Source: Halosimplex litoreum | GTDB lineage: Archaea; Halobacteriota; Halobacteria; Halobacteriales; Haloarculaceae | Assembly (NCBI RefSeq): GCF_016065055.1 | Contig: NZ_CP065856.1 | Location: 989,836 to 1,053,835 of the forward strand | DNA: 64,000 nt | Direction of reading: 5' to 3' | Shown: positions 30,184 through 40,362 of the stretch, in pieces | Layout of the letters: each line of letters opens with the position of its first letter | Position numbering within the stretch: the first letter of the stretch is position 1 | Notes under the pieces: generated by a model | What the model saw: only the letters and a program-made list of their open reading frames with translations | The model's database searches: none | What the model was told of the DNA's origin: nothing | Position numbers and translations under genes: made by a program

Positions 30184-30214
30184 AGCGGGTTTTACCGATC
30201 GTACCAAACCCGCT
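30184..30214 (+). promoter_or_regulatory. perfect 9-bp stem / 13-nt loop hairpin AGCGGGTTT-N13-AAACCCGCT followed by TTT
   Basis: Lies 165 nt after the TRAM gene stop and 28 nt before the start of the 30242 gene; terminator or operator candidate. Confidence 0.35.
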
Positions 30215-30241
30215 TTAGGGGAACGGTACCTGCCTCGAAGT

Positions 30242-30493
30242 ATGAGCGCGACCACCGCGAGCGCGACGGGCGAACGACGCACCCTCACCGAGAAGCAGCA
30301 CCGGATCCTGGAGTACCTCCGGGACAACGCCGATACCCAGACGTACTTCAAATCGCGGCTCATCGGCGACGAACTCGACCTGTCGGCCAAGGAGGTCGGG
30401 TCGAACATGACCACCATCCAGAACAGCGACACCGACCTCGACGTGGAGAAGTGGGGCTACTCCTCGTCGACCACCTGGAAGGTCACCGCCTGA
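30242..30493 (+). CDS. small hypothetical protein, possible wHTH
   Basis: 83 aa; ..LTEKQHRILEYLRDNAD.. helix pattern. Confidence 0.4.
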   Translation: MSATTASATGERRTLTEKQHRILEYLRDNADTQTYFKSRLIGDELDLSAKEVGSNMTTIQNSDTDLDVEKWGYSSSTTWKVTA

Positions 30494-30570
30494 GCGAACG
30501 CACTCTCGCGCTTTTTCACGCCCGCCAGCCGTCGCTGGCGGGTCGACACGCTCACGGACGACGCTTCGGT

Positions 30571-31173
30571 TCAGGGGTCGTAGGAGACGATATCGTCGGC
30601 GTCGGCGGCTAGCTCGGCGGCCTCCGGGCCGAAGGAGTCGGCGTGCTGGACGAGCAACAGGAGCAGCGCCTCCGGGCGTTCGAGCCGGTAGCCGTCCTCG
30701 CGGGAGAGCAGGCCGGCCTCCTCCAGCTGGCTGGCGTACTTGCTGACGGTGGGCGCGGAGACGCCCAGCCGTTCGGCGAGAGCGGTCCCCGACGCCTCGG
30801 GGTCGCGCAGGAGCGCGATGACCATCCCGCGCGGCGTCTCGCGCCGGAGGTACCCCAGCGCTACCCGTTCGAATTCGGAGAAGCGGCCGGCGGGAAAGTA
30901 CCGTCGGTACTCGCCGTCCTCGCGGCTCTCGACGGCGCCGTCCCGTTCCAGCCGACGAAGGTGGTGCTGGGTCTCCCCCGTACCCAGTTGCAAGTCGTCA
31001 CGGATCTTCGAGAAGTGTGCGCCGGGTGTCGCGGCGACGTACCCGACAAGTGCGTCGGGCGCGTCGCTGTCGCTCTCCTTCGCGAATCCGACGAGCGGAC
31101 TGGTCGCCCCCAGCGCAGCGAAGCGACGGAGCGTCGCTCGCTTGCTCTCGTCGACGTCCCCCTCTCGCGCCAT
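30571..31173 (-). CDS. winged-helix transcription regulator (two HTH-like segments)
   Basis: 200 aa; segments HFSKIRDDLQLGTGETQHHLRRLERDGAVE and GTALAERLGVSAPTVSKYASQLEEAGLL. Confidence 0.6.
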   Translation of the reverse strand: MAREGDVDESKRATLRRFAALGATSPLVGFAKESDSDAPDALVGYVAATPGAHFSKIRDDLQLGTGETQHHLRRLERDGAVESREDGEYRRYFPAGRFSEFERVALGYLRRETPRGMVIALLRDPEASGTALAERLGVSAPTVSKYASQLEEAGLLSREDGYRLERPEALLLLLVQHADSFGPEAAELAADADDIVSYDP

Positions 31174-31385
31174 TATGGGTCTTTTGGCGGTGGGGTGGTA
31201 AAACGGCTTCGGCTTCTCTAATCTGCGACCGCCTGGGCCCCGGTAGACGCTCTACCGCCCGAATTCCGCCGAACTGGTCACTGACGGTTACCTATCAGGT
31301 GACGAAATGGTACGTATCGTGCTCGGAAGCGATCGGCGCCCGAAGCGGGAGGGCGCGGGCGCCGAAACCAGACGACAGGGTCGGC

Positions 31386-32615
31386 TTACTCGGTCTCGGT
31401 CTCCGGTTCGCGCTCGGTGTCGGCGCTGCTGGCGCTGGCATCGCCGCTCCCGTTACCGCCGGGACCGCCCACCGGGCTCCCCGAAGGGTCCATCTCGGAG
31501 TCCATCTCCTCGATGACCTCGTCGGGGTCGCGGATGTTCGTCGCGTCTTTGCCCTCCTTGATCGCCTGGGCCTCCTGTTCCATCTCCTCGACGTCGACCT
31601 CGGCCTCCTGGTCGATCTGGCCGAGGATTTCCTCGATGTCGTCGAGGCCGATGAGTTCGCGCGTCTCGGCGTCGAAGTCGAGTGAGTCGAGCTCGCTCTC
31701 GCCGTCGACGTTCGCCATGTCGTTGACGTCGCTGCCCGAGAGGTGCTTGCCGTAGCGACCCACCAGCGAGGTGAGCTCCTGGGGCATGACGAACGTCGTC
31801 GACTCGCCCTGACCGATGTTTTCGAGGGTCTCCATCCCCTTGTCGATGATGGCGCGCTCGCCCATCGACTCGGCAGATTTCGCCCGCAGCACGGTCGAAA
31901 TCGCGTCACCCTGCGCTTCGAGGATCTGCGATTGCTTCTTCCCCTGGGCGCGGACGATGTCGGACTGCTTCTCACCCTGGGCCTGCTCGATGGCAGAGCG
32001 CCGTTCACCCTGCGCTTCGAGGATCATGGCGCGGCGTTTGCGCTCCGCGGAGGTCTGTTGCTCCATGGCCTGCTGGACGTCCTTCGAGGGGTTGACCTCG
32101 CGGACCTCGACGCTCTCGACGCGGATGCCCCACTCGTCGGTAGGCTCGTCGAGTTCCTTGCGGATCTTCGCGTTGATCTCCTGGCGCTTGTTGAGCGTGT
32201 CGTCGAGTTCCATGTCGCCCAGCACGGCCCGCAGCGTCGTCTGGGCGAGGTTCGAGACGGCCTTCTTGTAGTTGTCCACTTCGAGAAAGGCCTTCTTGGC
32301 GTCCATGACCTTGATGTAGACGACGGCGTCGGCGGTCACCGGCGAGTTGTCGCGGGTGATCGCTTCTTGACGGGGCACGTCCAGGGTCTGGGTCCGCATG
32401 TCGAAGGCGTAGGTCTTCGAGACGAACGGCGGCACGAAGTTGATACCGGGTTCGAGCAGTTTCCGGTACTCGCCGAAGACCGTCAGCGCCCGCTTCTCGT
32501 AGGCGTTGACGATCTCCACCATCTGGTACACCATCACGACCGCGAGCAGCAACAGGATCACCGCTACGATCGGAAGGGCTCCTCCGAGGCTCTGCAACAC
32601 TGGTACGGGGATCAT
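31386..32615 (-). CDS. SPFH/band-7 (stomatin/prohibitin-like) membrane protein
   Basis: N-terminal TM then SPFH core (TRDNSPVTADAVVYIKV..), coiled-coil Q/A/E-rich region, acidic tail. Confidence 0.85.
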   Translation of the reverse strand: MIPVPVLQSLGGALPIVAVILLLLAVVMVYQMVEIVNAYEKRALTVFGEYRKLLEPGINFVPPFVSKTYAFDMRTQTLDVPRQEAITRDNSPVTADAVVYIKVMDAKKAFLEVDNYKKAVSNLAQTTLRAVLGDMELDDTLNKRQEINAKIRKELDEPTDEWGIRVESVEVREVNPSKDVQQAMEQQTSAERKRRAMILEAQGERRSAIEQAQGEKQSDIVRAQGKKQSQILEAQGDAISTVLRAKSAESMGERAIIDKGMETLENIGQGESTTFVMPQELTSLVGRYGKHLSGSDVNDMANVDGESELDSLDFDAETRELIGLDDIEEILGQIDQEAEVDVEEMEQEAQAIKEGKDATNIRDPDEVIEEMDSEMDPSGSPVGGPGGNGSGDASASSADTEREPETETE

Positions 32616-32743
32616 GCGATCAGACTTCGTACCACCCCGTCAAAAGTGTTGGGTCAGCGACCACAGATGCCAGGCCGCGGTCCGGCGATCGCGAACAGCG
32701 AGGTCGACCGTCAGCGCGGGCCGACCGAGAACGCCCCGCCGGC

Positions 32744-33379
32744 TCAGGCCGGGTCGGTCTCGAACTCGCGTTCGTCGTCGGCGTCGGGCTCGTCGCCAGC
32801 CGAGTCGTCTCCGCTGGCGGAACGGCTCGAATCGCGTTGCCGTTCCCGCTCGAGTTCGCGGTCGATCTCGTCGATCCCGCCAGTGAGCGGTTCGACGGTG
32901 ACGACGTTGCCGCCGCCGGGGTCGACGACCATCACTTCGGTCCCCTCCTCGATCTCGCCGTCGACGCTCCGGGCGCGGTAGTAGGGGTTGAATCCCCCCT
33001 CGTCGAGTTTGACTTCGCCGCCGGTCTCGGTGATCCGCTCGGTGACGCGACCGGTCTCCCCGCGCAGCGAGTCCGAGTCACTGGTCTGGGGACCGCCTTT
33101 GCCGCCGTAGAAGTCGAACTGGCGGTAGACGTAGAAGGTGCCCGCGCCCGCCGCCAGCACTAGCGCGGCGAGGATGAGCGGCGCGAGTACGCCCAGTCCC
33201 GGCGGGAGCAACAGCCCGACCAGCCCGGCGACCAGCAGCGCCACCCCGAGGACCATGAAGTGCGCCCCGGGGGCGAACGCTTCCGCGATGGTCAGCGCCG
33301 CGCCCGCGAGGAGGAGGAACAGCGGGAGGTTCGCTCCGATCCACGTCAGGACCGAAGTCTGCCCGATCCACTCGATCAT
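32744..33379 (-). CDS. NfeD family membrane protein (stomatin operon partner)
   Basis: N-terminal TM helices and C-terminal OB-fold region GEVKLDEGG..ARSV; immediately downstream of the SPFH gene on the same strand. Confidence 0.75.
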   Translation of the reverse strand: MIEWIGQTSVLTWIGANLPLFLLLAGAALTIAEAFAPGAHFMVLGVALLVAGLVGLLLPPGLGVLAPLILAALVLAAGAGTFYVYRQFDFYGGKGGPQTSDSDSLRGETGRVTERITETGGEVKLDEGGFNPYYRARSVDGEIEEGTEVMVVDPGGGNVVTVEPLTGGIDEIDRELERERQRDSSRSASGDDSAGDEPDADDEREFETDPA

Positions 33380-33452
33380 ACCGAAGATTCGGTCGCCTTC
33401 GGGAAAACACTTCGCCTCGGACCGGTCTCGGCGGTCGAGCGCCGGAATTCGG

Positions 33453-33890
33453 TCAGAACCGCACGAACACCGCGTAGACGACGGCCGTCACCGCGGCGAC
33501 GCCGAGCGTGACCGCGCCGATGGTCTCCGGAGTCAGCTGCGTGACGACGCTGGCGAACACCAGCAAGACCAACAGAGCGCCGACGGCGACGAACACCGCG
33601 CTCTCCAGGCTGGGCGTGTCCGACTCGACCGGCAGGTCCGGCGTCACCGACCCGGCGACGTTACCGCCCTCGCCCTCGTCCCGACCGTCGCTTTCGGACT
33701 CGGACTCGGACTCGGACTCCGTCCCGCCGAACGCGACGGTCGGACCGTCGTCGCCCTCGCCGACGGTCACGTCCCATTCCTCGCCCTCGGCGTCGAGCGT
33801 GTCCGCTTCGTCCACGTCACCGGTGTCGTCGCCCACCTCGTCGACGGAGAAGCGCCACTCCTCCTCGTCGTCGCCGGCCTCGTCTGCCAT
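33453..33890 (-). CDS. acidic membrane protein with (SE)n repeat
   Basis: 145 aa; highly acidic N-terminus, SESESESESES stretch, two C-terminal TM helices. Confidence 0.45.
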   Translation of the reverse strand: MADEAGDDEEEWRFSVDEVGDDTGDVDEADTLDAEGEEWDVTVGEGDDGPTVAFGGTESESESESESDGRDEGEGGNVAGSVTPDLPVESDTPSLESAVFVAVGALLVLLVFASVVTQLTPETIGAVTLGVAAVTAVVYAVFVRF

Positions 33891-34160
33891 ATCGCTCCGT
33901 AACGGCCGGCCACCAATAGGACTTGTCGTCGCTCGACGCCCCGGACGCCGTTTGTGTAGTTTCGGTTATAGACTCGTCGTTCGCAAACGTTTTTTCAGCC
34001 TGGAAGTACGTCTTCGGGGTATGCGAACCTGCCCTCCAGCAGGGCGGTGGCCGCCTCGGCGCGGTTCACTGTCCGCACCACCGCGGTACGGAATCGGACG
34101 CGAGTCGACCGGGCGCGAAGCGATTCGCGCCCGGACCGAGCGCCGGCGAGGTGACGATCG

Positions 34161-34925
34161 GTGAGCGACCCGGCCGTCGTCGCCGACGGGCTGACCAAGC
34201 GCTACGGCGAGGAACTGGCCGTCTCGGACCTGTCGCTGACGATCCCGTCCGGCGACGTGTACGGCTTCCTCGGGCCGAACGGCGCCGGCAAGACGACGAC
34301 GATGCGGATGCTGACCGGACTCACCGAACCGACCCGCGGGACCGCGACGGTCGCGGGCGCCGCCGCCGACGACCGCCCGGTGCTGACGGAGCGGATCGGC
34401 TACCTGCCCGCCGATCCCCCGGTGTTCGACGAGTTGACCGGCCGCGAGCACCTGCGATACGTGGCGCGACTGCACGAACTCCCGCCGGAAGCGGCCGGCG
34501 AGCGGATCGACGACATGCTCGCGCGGTTCGACCTGGCCGGGGACGCCGACCGCCGGATCGGCACCTACTCCACGGGGATGCAGAAGAAGGTCGGTGCCAT
34601 CGCGGCGCTACTGGGCGACCCCGAGGTGGTCTTCCTCGACGAACCGACGAGCGGGCTGGACCCCCGGGCCGCGCGGACGATGCGCGACACCGTCGCCGCG
34701 GTCGCCGAGCGCGACGTGACCGTCTTCCTCTCCTCGCACGTCCTCTCGGTCGTCGACGAACTCGCCGACGCCGTCGGCGTCATCGACGACGGCGAGCTCG
34801 TCGCCGAAGGCGCCACCGAGGAGCTGAAACGCCGGGCCCGCGACGACGGCGAGGCGGACCTCGAAACCGCCTTCCTCGACATCACGGAGGATGCCGATGT
34901 CCCCGACAAACGAGTCGAGGCCTGA
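34161..34925 (+). CDS. ABC transporter ATP-binding protein
   Basis: Walker A GPNGAGKTT, Q-loop, signature TYSTGMQKK-type, Walker B VVFLDEPTSGLD, H-loop. Confidence 0.9.
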   Translation: MSDPAVVADGLTKRYGEELAVSDLSLTIPSGDVYGFLGPNGAGKTTTMRMLTGLTEPTRGTATVAGAAADDRPVLTERIGYLPADPPVFDELTGREHLRYVARLHELPPEAAGERIDDMLARFDLAGDADRRIGTYSTGMQKKVGAIAALLGDPEVVFLDEPTSGLDPRAARTMRDTVAAVAERDVTVFLSSHVLSVVDELADAVGVIDDGELVAEGATEELKRRARDDGEADLETAFLDITEDADVPDKRVEA

Positions 34926-36654
34926 GTCGACGCGGGCGACGGGGAGCCGGACCGCGTCGCCGAGCCGTCGCGGGCGGTTCCCGTCGCCGACGGTCAGCGC
35001 GACCGTCGCGCGAGTCGAGTTGCGGCGGATGTTCCGCCGGATCCGCGCCCAGGACGTGTGGCTGGCGCTGGTCGTGCTGGGGTCGCTGGCCGTCCTCGCG
35101 GTGCTCCCCGTCGCGTTCGACGCGGCGAGCGCCTGGGGTACGACGCTGGCGAGCGGTGACGCCGCCCCCGCCTCGACCGTCTCCCTGCTCGTCGCCAGCG
35201 GCTGGGTGTTCGTCCTCGCGATGGGCGTCGTCGCGGGCGTCGGCTCCTACGGCGAGATCGACGAGCCCGCCGGGATGTTGACCGTCCGACCGCCGAAGGA
35301 CGTCGCGGGCGGCCTGCTCCTGATGAACGCCGTCGGCTACGTCCCGTACGTGGTCGTCCCGTTCGGCGTCGGGTTCGCCGGCCTGGCCGCCGGCGCGGGG
35401 ACGCCGCTGGTGCTGGTCGGCGGGGCCACCGCGACGGCCGCGCTGCTGGCGAGTGCGATGGCCATCGGCTATCCCGTCGGGCTGGCGCTGAAAGGCGCCG
35501 TCCGCCGGTCGAAGTGGCTCTCGCGGCTCAAGCCCGCGATCGGCACGGTCGTCGCGGTCGCGTACTTCTGGGTGATGTTCGCCGGCCACCTCCCGGCGCT
35601 CGTCGACGCCCTCTCGCCCGTACTGGACGGCCCGCCGCTGACCTGGCTCGGCGACCTCGCGCTGGTCACCACGCCGGGCGCCGACGCCTCCGCGGTCGGC
35701 GCCGCGGCCGCGCTCGGTCTCACCGTCGCCGTCGTCCCCGTCGGCGTCCTCGCGACGGTCCGTGGGGCCGAGTTCGCGTGGTTCACCGACGAGCAGCGCG
35801 ACGGTGGTGACGAGGCCGAACCCGACGGGGCGTCGGGTTCCGGGTCCGGCACGGTCACCCCGACGGGGTCGACCCGGCTCGGCGACGCCTTCGGCCTCGT
35901 CTGTCGTCGACGGGGCACCGCTGGCGTCGCGGCGACGACGCTCGTCCGGGCCTACCGGGCACCGCTGCAGTTGCTGTTCGCCGCGGTGCCGCTGGTGTTC
36001 GCGCTCCCGATGGTCGAAGGGGCGTTGGCGACCGGAACGGTCCCGTCGTACGCGCCGTGGTTCGCGATGCTGTACGGCGCGTGGGCGGCCGGCGTCGCCG
36101 CGCCGCTCAACCTCCTCGGCAACCAGGGAGCGACCCTCCCCGGCCTCCTGACCTCGCGCGCGAGCGGCCGCGAAGTCGTCCACGGGCACGTCCTCGCCGT
36201 CGTCGCGCCGGTCGCTCCCGTCGCAGCGGTGCTCTCGGGCGCGGCGGCCCACGCGACCGGCCGTTCGCCCCCTGAGGCCGTCGGCTTCGCGGGACTCGCG
36301 CTCGTCGTCGTCGCAGGCGGCGCGGTCGTCGCGGCCGCGCTCGGCGCGCGGTTCCCCCGGTTCGACGGTATCGACGTGACCGCCGACCGGACGGCGACGC
36401 CGCCGAGCAAGGCCGCCTTCGCGCTGTACTCGATCCTCGCCGCCCTCGGCGTCAGCGCCGCCGGCGTCCTCACCGACGAACTCTACCGGGTCGTGATCCA
36501 CTCCCTGCTCGCCCCCCGGCTCCCCTTCGGCCTCTCGCTGTCGGTCGCGGGCCTCGAACGGGTCGCGCTGGGCGTCGCCGTCGTCCTCGCCGCGGCCGTC
36601 CCGGCGGCGTACGTGCTCGCGGTGCGACGAGTGAGCGACTACCACATCGAATAA
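34891..36654 (+). CDS. ABC-2-type transporter permease (large, ~587 aa)
   Basis: Polytopic membrane protein overlapping the ATPase gene stop by 35 nt; N-terminal Arg-rich cytoplasmic region. Confidence 0.6.
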   Translation: MPMSPTNESRPESTRATGSRTASPSRRGRFPSPTVSATVARVELRRMFRRIRAQDVWLALVVLGSLAVLAVLPVAFDAASAWGTTLASGDAAPASTVSLLVASGWVFVLAMGVVAGVGSYGEIDEPAGMLTVRPPKDVAGGLLLMNAVGYVPYVVVPFGVGFAGLAAGAGTPLVLVGGATATAALLASAMAIGYPVGLALKGAVRRSKWLSRLKPAIGTVVAVAYFWVMFAGHLPALVDALSPVLDGPPLTWLGDLALVTTPGADASAVGAAAALGLTVAVVPVGVLATVRGAEFAWFTDEQRDGGDEAEPDGASGSGSGTVTPTGSTRLGDAFGLVCRRRGTAGVAATTLVRAYRAPLQLLFAAVPLVFALPMVEGALATGTVPSYAPWFAMLYGAWAAGVAAPLNLLGNQGATLPGLLTSRASGREVVHGHVLAVVAPVAPVAAVLSGAAAHATGRSPPEAVGFAGLALVVVAGGAVVAAALGARFPRFDGIDVTADRTATPPSKAAFALYSILAALGVSAAGVLTDELYRVVIHSLLAPRLPFGLSLSVAGLERVALGVAVVLAAAVPAAYVLAVRRVSDYHIE

Positions 36655-36693
36655 GAATCGAGCGGCGAAAACGGAGGGGGCGCCTGGCGCTCG

Positions 36694-38808
36694 CTACCGG
36701 ATCTTCGTCCCGGGTTCGGCGTCGCCGTGGGTCGTCAGCAGGTCGGCCTCCTCGCCCGCAGCGAGCACCATGCCGTTGGACTCGACGCCGAACAGCTCCG
36801 CCTTCTCCATGTTCGCCAGCAGGACGACCTTCGTCCCCGGGAGTTCGTCGAGGTCGTGTAGCTGTTTGATCCCGGCGACGACCTGTCGGGTCTCGACGCC
36901 GATGTCCACTTCGAGGCGAGCGAGCTTGTCCGAGTCCTCGATGGGTTCTGCGGACTCGACCCGCCCGACGCGGATGTCGATCTCCTCGAAGTCGTCGAAG
37001 CCGATGCGGTCCTCGGCGAGGGCCTCTACGTCCATACTCCCCTCGTCGCCCTCGGCGGCCTCGTCGGTTTCGGTTCCGTCGTCACCCTCGGCGTCGTCCT
37101 CCTCGGCCGCCGCGACTTCCTCGACGCGCTCGTCGAGCTTCCGGTTCAGTTCTTCGACCCGGTCCTCGTCGATCTTCTCGAACAGCTCGGTCGGCTCGCC
37201 GAAGTCGGCGGGCGGCGCTTCGAGCGCGGCGTCGAGCGTCGCGTCGGCGACCGATCCCTCCGCTTCGAGCTGGTCCCAGAGCCGCTGAGCGGTGTCGGGC
37301 GTCGCCGGGTAGACGAGGACGGCGACGGCCTTGGCGATCTGGACGCAGTCGCGGACGACCGGCGCGGCCTCGTCGTCGTCTAAGTTCCAGGGCTCGTGGC
37401 GCTGGATGTACTCGTTGCCGAAGCCCGCCAGCCTGACGGCGGCCTGCGTCGCCTTCCGCACCGAGTAGTCGTTGATGGCCGCCTCGAACTCCGCGATGGC
37501 CTCCTCGATGCGCTCGCGGACCTCGCTCGACACGTCCACGTCGGGCGTGCCGCCGAGGTTGCGCTCGGCAAAGAGGAGCGAGCGGTAGGCGAAGTTACCG
37601 ACGTTGCCGACGAGTTCGCCGTTGACCCGCTCGCGGAAGCGGTCCCAGGAGAAGTCGATCTCGTCCTGGAAGCCGCCGACGGTGGTCAGGTAGTACCGCA
37701 GCGTGTCGGGGTGGAACCCCTCGTCGAGGAACTCCCGGGCCCAGATCGCTCGATTGCGGCTCGTCGAGAACGCGTCGCCGTCGAGGTTCATGAACCCGCT
37801 GGCGACCACGGCGCGGGGTTCGTTGAAGTCTGCGCCGCGCAGCATCGCCGGCCAGAAGACGGTGTGGTGCTGGATGATGTCCTGACCGATGATGTGGACG
37901 ATCTCCCCGCCCTCGGGGTGGTCGTCGGTGCCGTGGTTCTTCCAGACGGCCTCCCAGTCGTACTCCTCGGCCCCGACGCGCTCGGTGTACTGTTTCGTCG
38001 AAGAGACGTACTCGATGGGCGCGTCGACCCAGACGTACAGGACGAGGTCCTGCCCGCCGTCGTCGCCTGGGTAGTCGACGCCCCAGTCCAGATCGCGAGT
38101 GATACAGAGGTCTTCGAGTTCGCCCTCGATCCACTCGCGGGGCTGGTTGCGGGCGTTGTCGGTGCCTTCGAGGCGGTCGATGAACCCCTGCAGGTACTCC
38201 TGGAAGTCCGCGAGGCGCAGGAACTCGTGCTCGCGGGCGCGGTACTCGGCGGGGTTGCCGGTGATGGCGCTGACCGGGTCCTCGATCTCGCCGGGTTCGA
38301 GGTGCCGTTGACAGCCGTCGTCGCACTCGTCGCCGCGGGCGTTCGCCCCGCAGTAGGGGCAGGTCCCCTCGACGAAGCGGTCGGGCAGCCACTGGTCGGC
38401 GTCGGGGTCGTAGGCGACCTGGATCTCCTTCTCGTGGACGTGGCCGCCGTCGATCCACGACTCGACGAACGACTTCGTCATCGCCTGGTTCGTCTCGTCG
38501 TGGGTGTGGCCGTAGTTGTCGAACTCGACGTCGAAGCGGGGGAACGTCTCCTCGTACTGCTCGTGGTAGCCCAGCGCCAGCTCCTCGGGGTCGACGCCCT
38601 GCTCGGCGGCCCCGACGGCGATGGGGGTGCCGTGCATGTCCGACCCGCAGACGAAAGCGGTCTCCTGGCCGAGCGTCCGCAGCGCTCGCGAGAGCACGTC
38701 GCCGCCGACGTAGGTGCGCAGGTGGGCGATGTGCAGGTCGCCGTTGGCGTAGGGCAACCCGCAAGTCACGACCGCGGGCTCGTCGGTGGGGAAGTCGTCG
38801 TGGCTCAT
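36694..38808 (-). CDS. metG: methionine--tRNA ligase
   Basis: HIAH (HIGH-type) and zinc knuckles, KMSKS region, C-terminal EMAP/tRNA-binding domain; 704 aa. Confidence 0.9.
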   Translation of the reverse strand: MSHDDFPTDEPAVVTCGLPYANGDLHIAHLRTYVGGDVLSRALRTLGQETAFVCGSDMHGTPIAVGAAEQGVDPEELALGYHEQYEETFPRFDVEFDNYGHTHDETNQAMTKSFVESWIDGGHVHEKEIQVAYDPDADQWLPDRFVEGTCPYCGANARGDECDDGCQRHLEPGEIEDPVSAITGNPAEYRAREHEFLRLADFQEYLQGFIDRLEGTDNARNQPREWIEGELEDLCITRDLDWGVDYPGDDGGQDLVLYVWVDAPIEYVSSTKQYTERVGAEEYDWEAVWKNHGTDDHPEGGEIVHIIGQDIIQHHTVFWPAMLRGADFNEPRAVVASGFMNLDGDAFSTSRNRAIWAREFLDEGFHPDTLRYYLTTVGGFQDEIDFSWDRFRERVNGELVGNVGNFAYRSLLFAERNLGGTPDVDVSSEVRERIEEAIAEFEAAINDYSVRKATQAAVRLAGFGNEYIQRHEPWNLDDDEAAPVVRDCVQIAKAVAVLVYPATPDTAQRLWDQLEAEGSVADATLDAALEAPPADFGEPTELFEKIDEDRVEELNRKLDERVEEVAAAEEDDAEGDDGTETDEAAEGDEGSMDVEALAEDRIGFDDFEEIDIRVGRVESAEPIEDSDKLARLEVDIGVETRQVVAGIKQLHDLDELPGTKVVLLANMEKAELFGVESNGMVLAAGEEADLLTTHGDAEPGTKIR

Positions 38809-39093
38809 ACTACTCGATACCTCCAGTCGGCTCTTTAACGCGGTGATTCGCTGTCATCGTTCGATCGCGTGGTTCGGGGCTCGCTCGCTGGTGGAGTGAC
38901 GGTGCGGTCGGATGCCGGCTTTCCCCGTCCCACCGCCCAGACCGTCCGGCCTGGTCGGGATATGAGCCCGCGTCGGTGCGATGGGTCCACCCGGCGCTAA
39001 AAGGAGGTTCGCATACGCATACGGCGGGTGGACGGGACTGCCATCTCACTCGTGTCTGTGGCGCCTCGTCGTATAAATGTTGCCGCCCACGGA

Positions 39094-39771
39094 TCAGTCG
39101 TCGACCGAGACGCCGCCGAACAGCGCGAAGCCGGTGACGACGAGGTCGACCTCGTCGTGTTCCTCCGCGCGGCGGGGCCGTTCGTCCTCGGCGGCGCCGA
39201 ACAGCGGGAAGACGTCGACGCGGACGTTCCACTCCCGGGGGACGATCAGGTCGACGCCGCCGAACAGCGCACTGGCGTTGATCGTCGCGGGTGGATGCTC
39301 GACGACGGCGTCACGCAGGTCGAGTTCGACGCCGCCGAACGCGGCGGTCAGATCGGCGCCGTGGAACGCCTGCGAGGTCGAGCGCTCGTCCCGGCCGCCG
39401 AAGACGGCCACCGAGGTGAGAAAGTCCGACTCGCGGGCGACGGCGCGGGCGCGGTACTGGCCGACGATCAGCGAGAGCCCGAACAGGACGAGCAGGACGG
39501 GCCACAGCGAGAAGACGGTCTCGGCGGCGAGGTAGTCCAGCGCGACCAGCTGCCAGCCGCCGGCGACGAGTACGACCATCAGGGGACCGACGAGGTTGCG
39601 GAAGCCGCTCGCGACGATAGCGAACAGGCCGACCAGCACGAACAGCGACGGCGCGTAGACGAGCAGTCGGCCGGTGTCGTAGACGCCGGTCGTGCGAGCG
39701 AGCAGGACGAGGCCCAGCAGCGCGACGACGACGCCGACGACGATCTGGGACGTGATACGTCTGTATTCCAT
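39094..39771 (-). CDS. membrane protein with LiaF-like (DUF2154) repeated FGG segments
   Basis: 225 aa from MEYRRITSQ; 4 TM helices then repeated ..FGG.. beta segments. Confidence 0.5.
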   Translation of the reverse strand: MEYRRITSQIVVGVVVALLGLVLLARTTGVYDTGRLLVYAPSLFVLVGLFAIVASGFRNLVGPLMVVLVAGGWQLVALDYLAAETVFSLWPVLLVLFGLSLIVGQYRARAVARESDFLTSVAVFGGRDERSTSQAFHGADLTAAFGGVELDLRDAVVEHPPATINASALFGGVDLIVPREWNVRVDVFPLFGAAEDERPRRAEEHDEVDLVVTGFALFGGVSVDD

Positions 39772-39878
39772 ACCATCGGTACGACGGGTGACACGATAAA
39801 GCCAACCGAGCGCGTGGCTATCACGCAGCCACGTGGTGGGATGGCGACGAGGAGGGAGCAAGCGGGCCGGGGTCGCGG

Positions 39879-40181
39879 TCACTCCCAGGTGACCTTCACG
39901 AGGAAGGCGAGCGCGAGCAGTTCGAGGACGTTGAGCGCCATCATGCCGCGCTGGGCGACCGGAGCGGCGCCGCTGACCCAGCCGTGGAAGGTGCCGTGGA
40001 AAAAGAGGAGGTAGACCGCGAGGAGGTTCTCCGCGAGGAGGAAGGCACCGAAGACGAGGAGACCGAGCGTGTGGCTGGCGCCGTAGGCGCGGTAGTTGCG
40101 TCCCCAGACCGCGGTCAGCCCGACGAGGAGCACGACGTTGGCGACCACGGCCAGGCGGGCGGCCTCGAACCACAGGCTCAT
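39879..40181 (-). CDS. small membrane protein (3 TM)
   Basis: 100 aa from MSLWFEAARL; hydrophobic helices. Confidence 0.35.
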   Translation of the reverse strand: MSLWFEAARLAVVANVVLLVGLTAVWGRNYRAYGASHTLGLLVFGAFLLAENLLAVYLLFFHGTFHGWVSGAAPVAQRGMMALNVLELLALAFLVKVTWE

Positions 40182-40362
40182 TGCTGAGTCACCTCTTTGC
40201 GACGCGCCCGCATATAGGCTGTCCAAATTGTCTCCGGACTCCGCGGGCCGGCCGGTCGTCGGGTCGCTCGCGGTCCCGTGGCCGGCGGTCCGTCGGTCGA
40301 TAGGCCGTTCGGCGAGTCGGCCGTCGGCGGGTCTCTCGGTCGGCTCTCTGTCGGTCGTTGAG

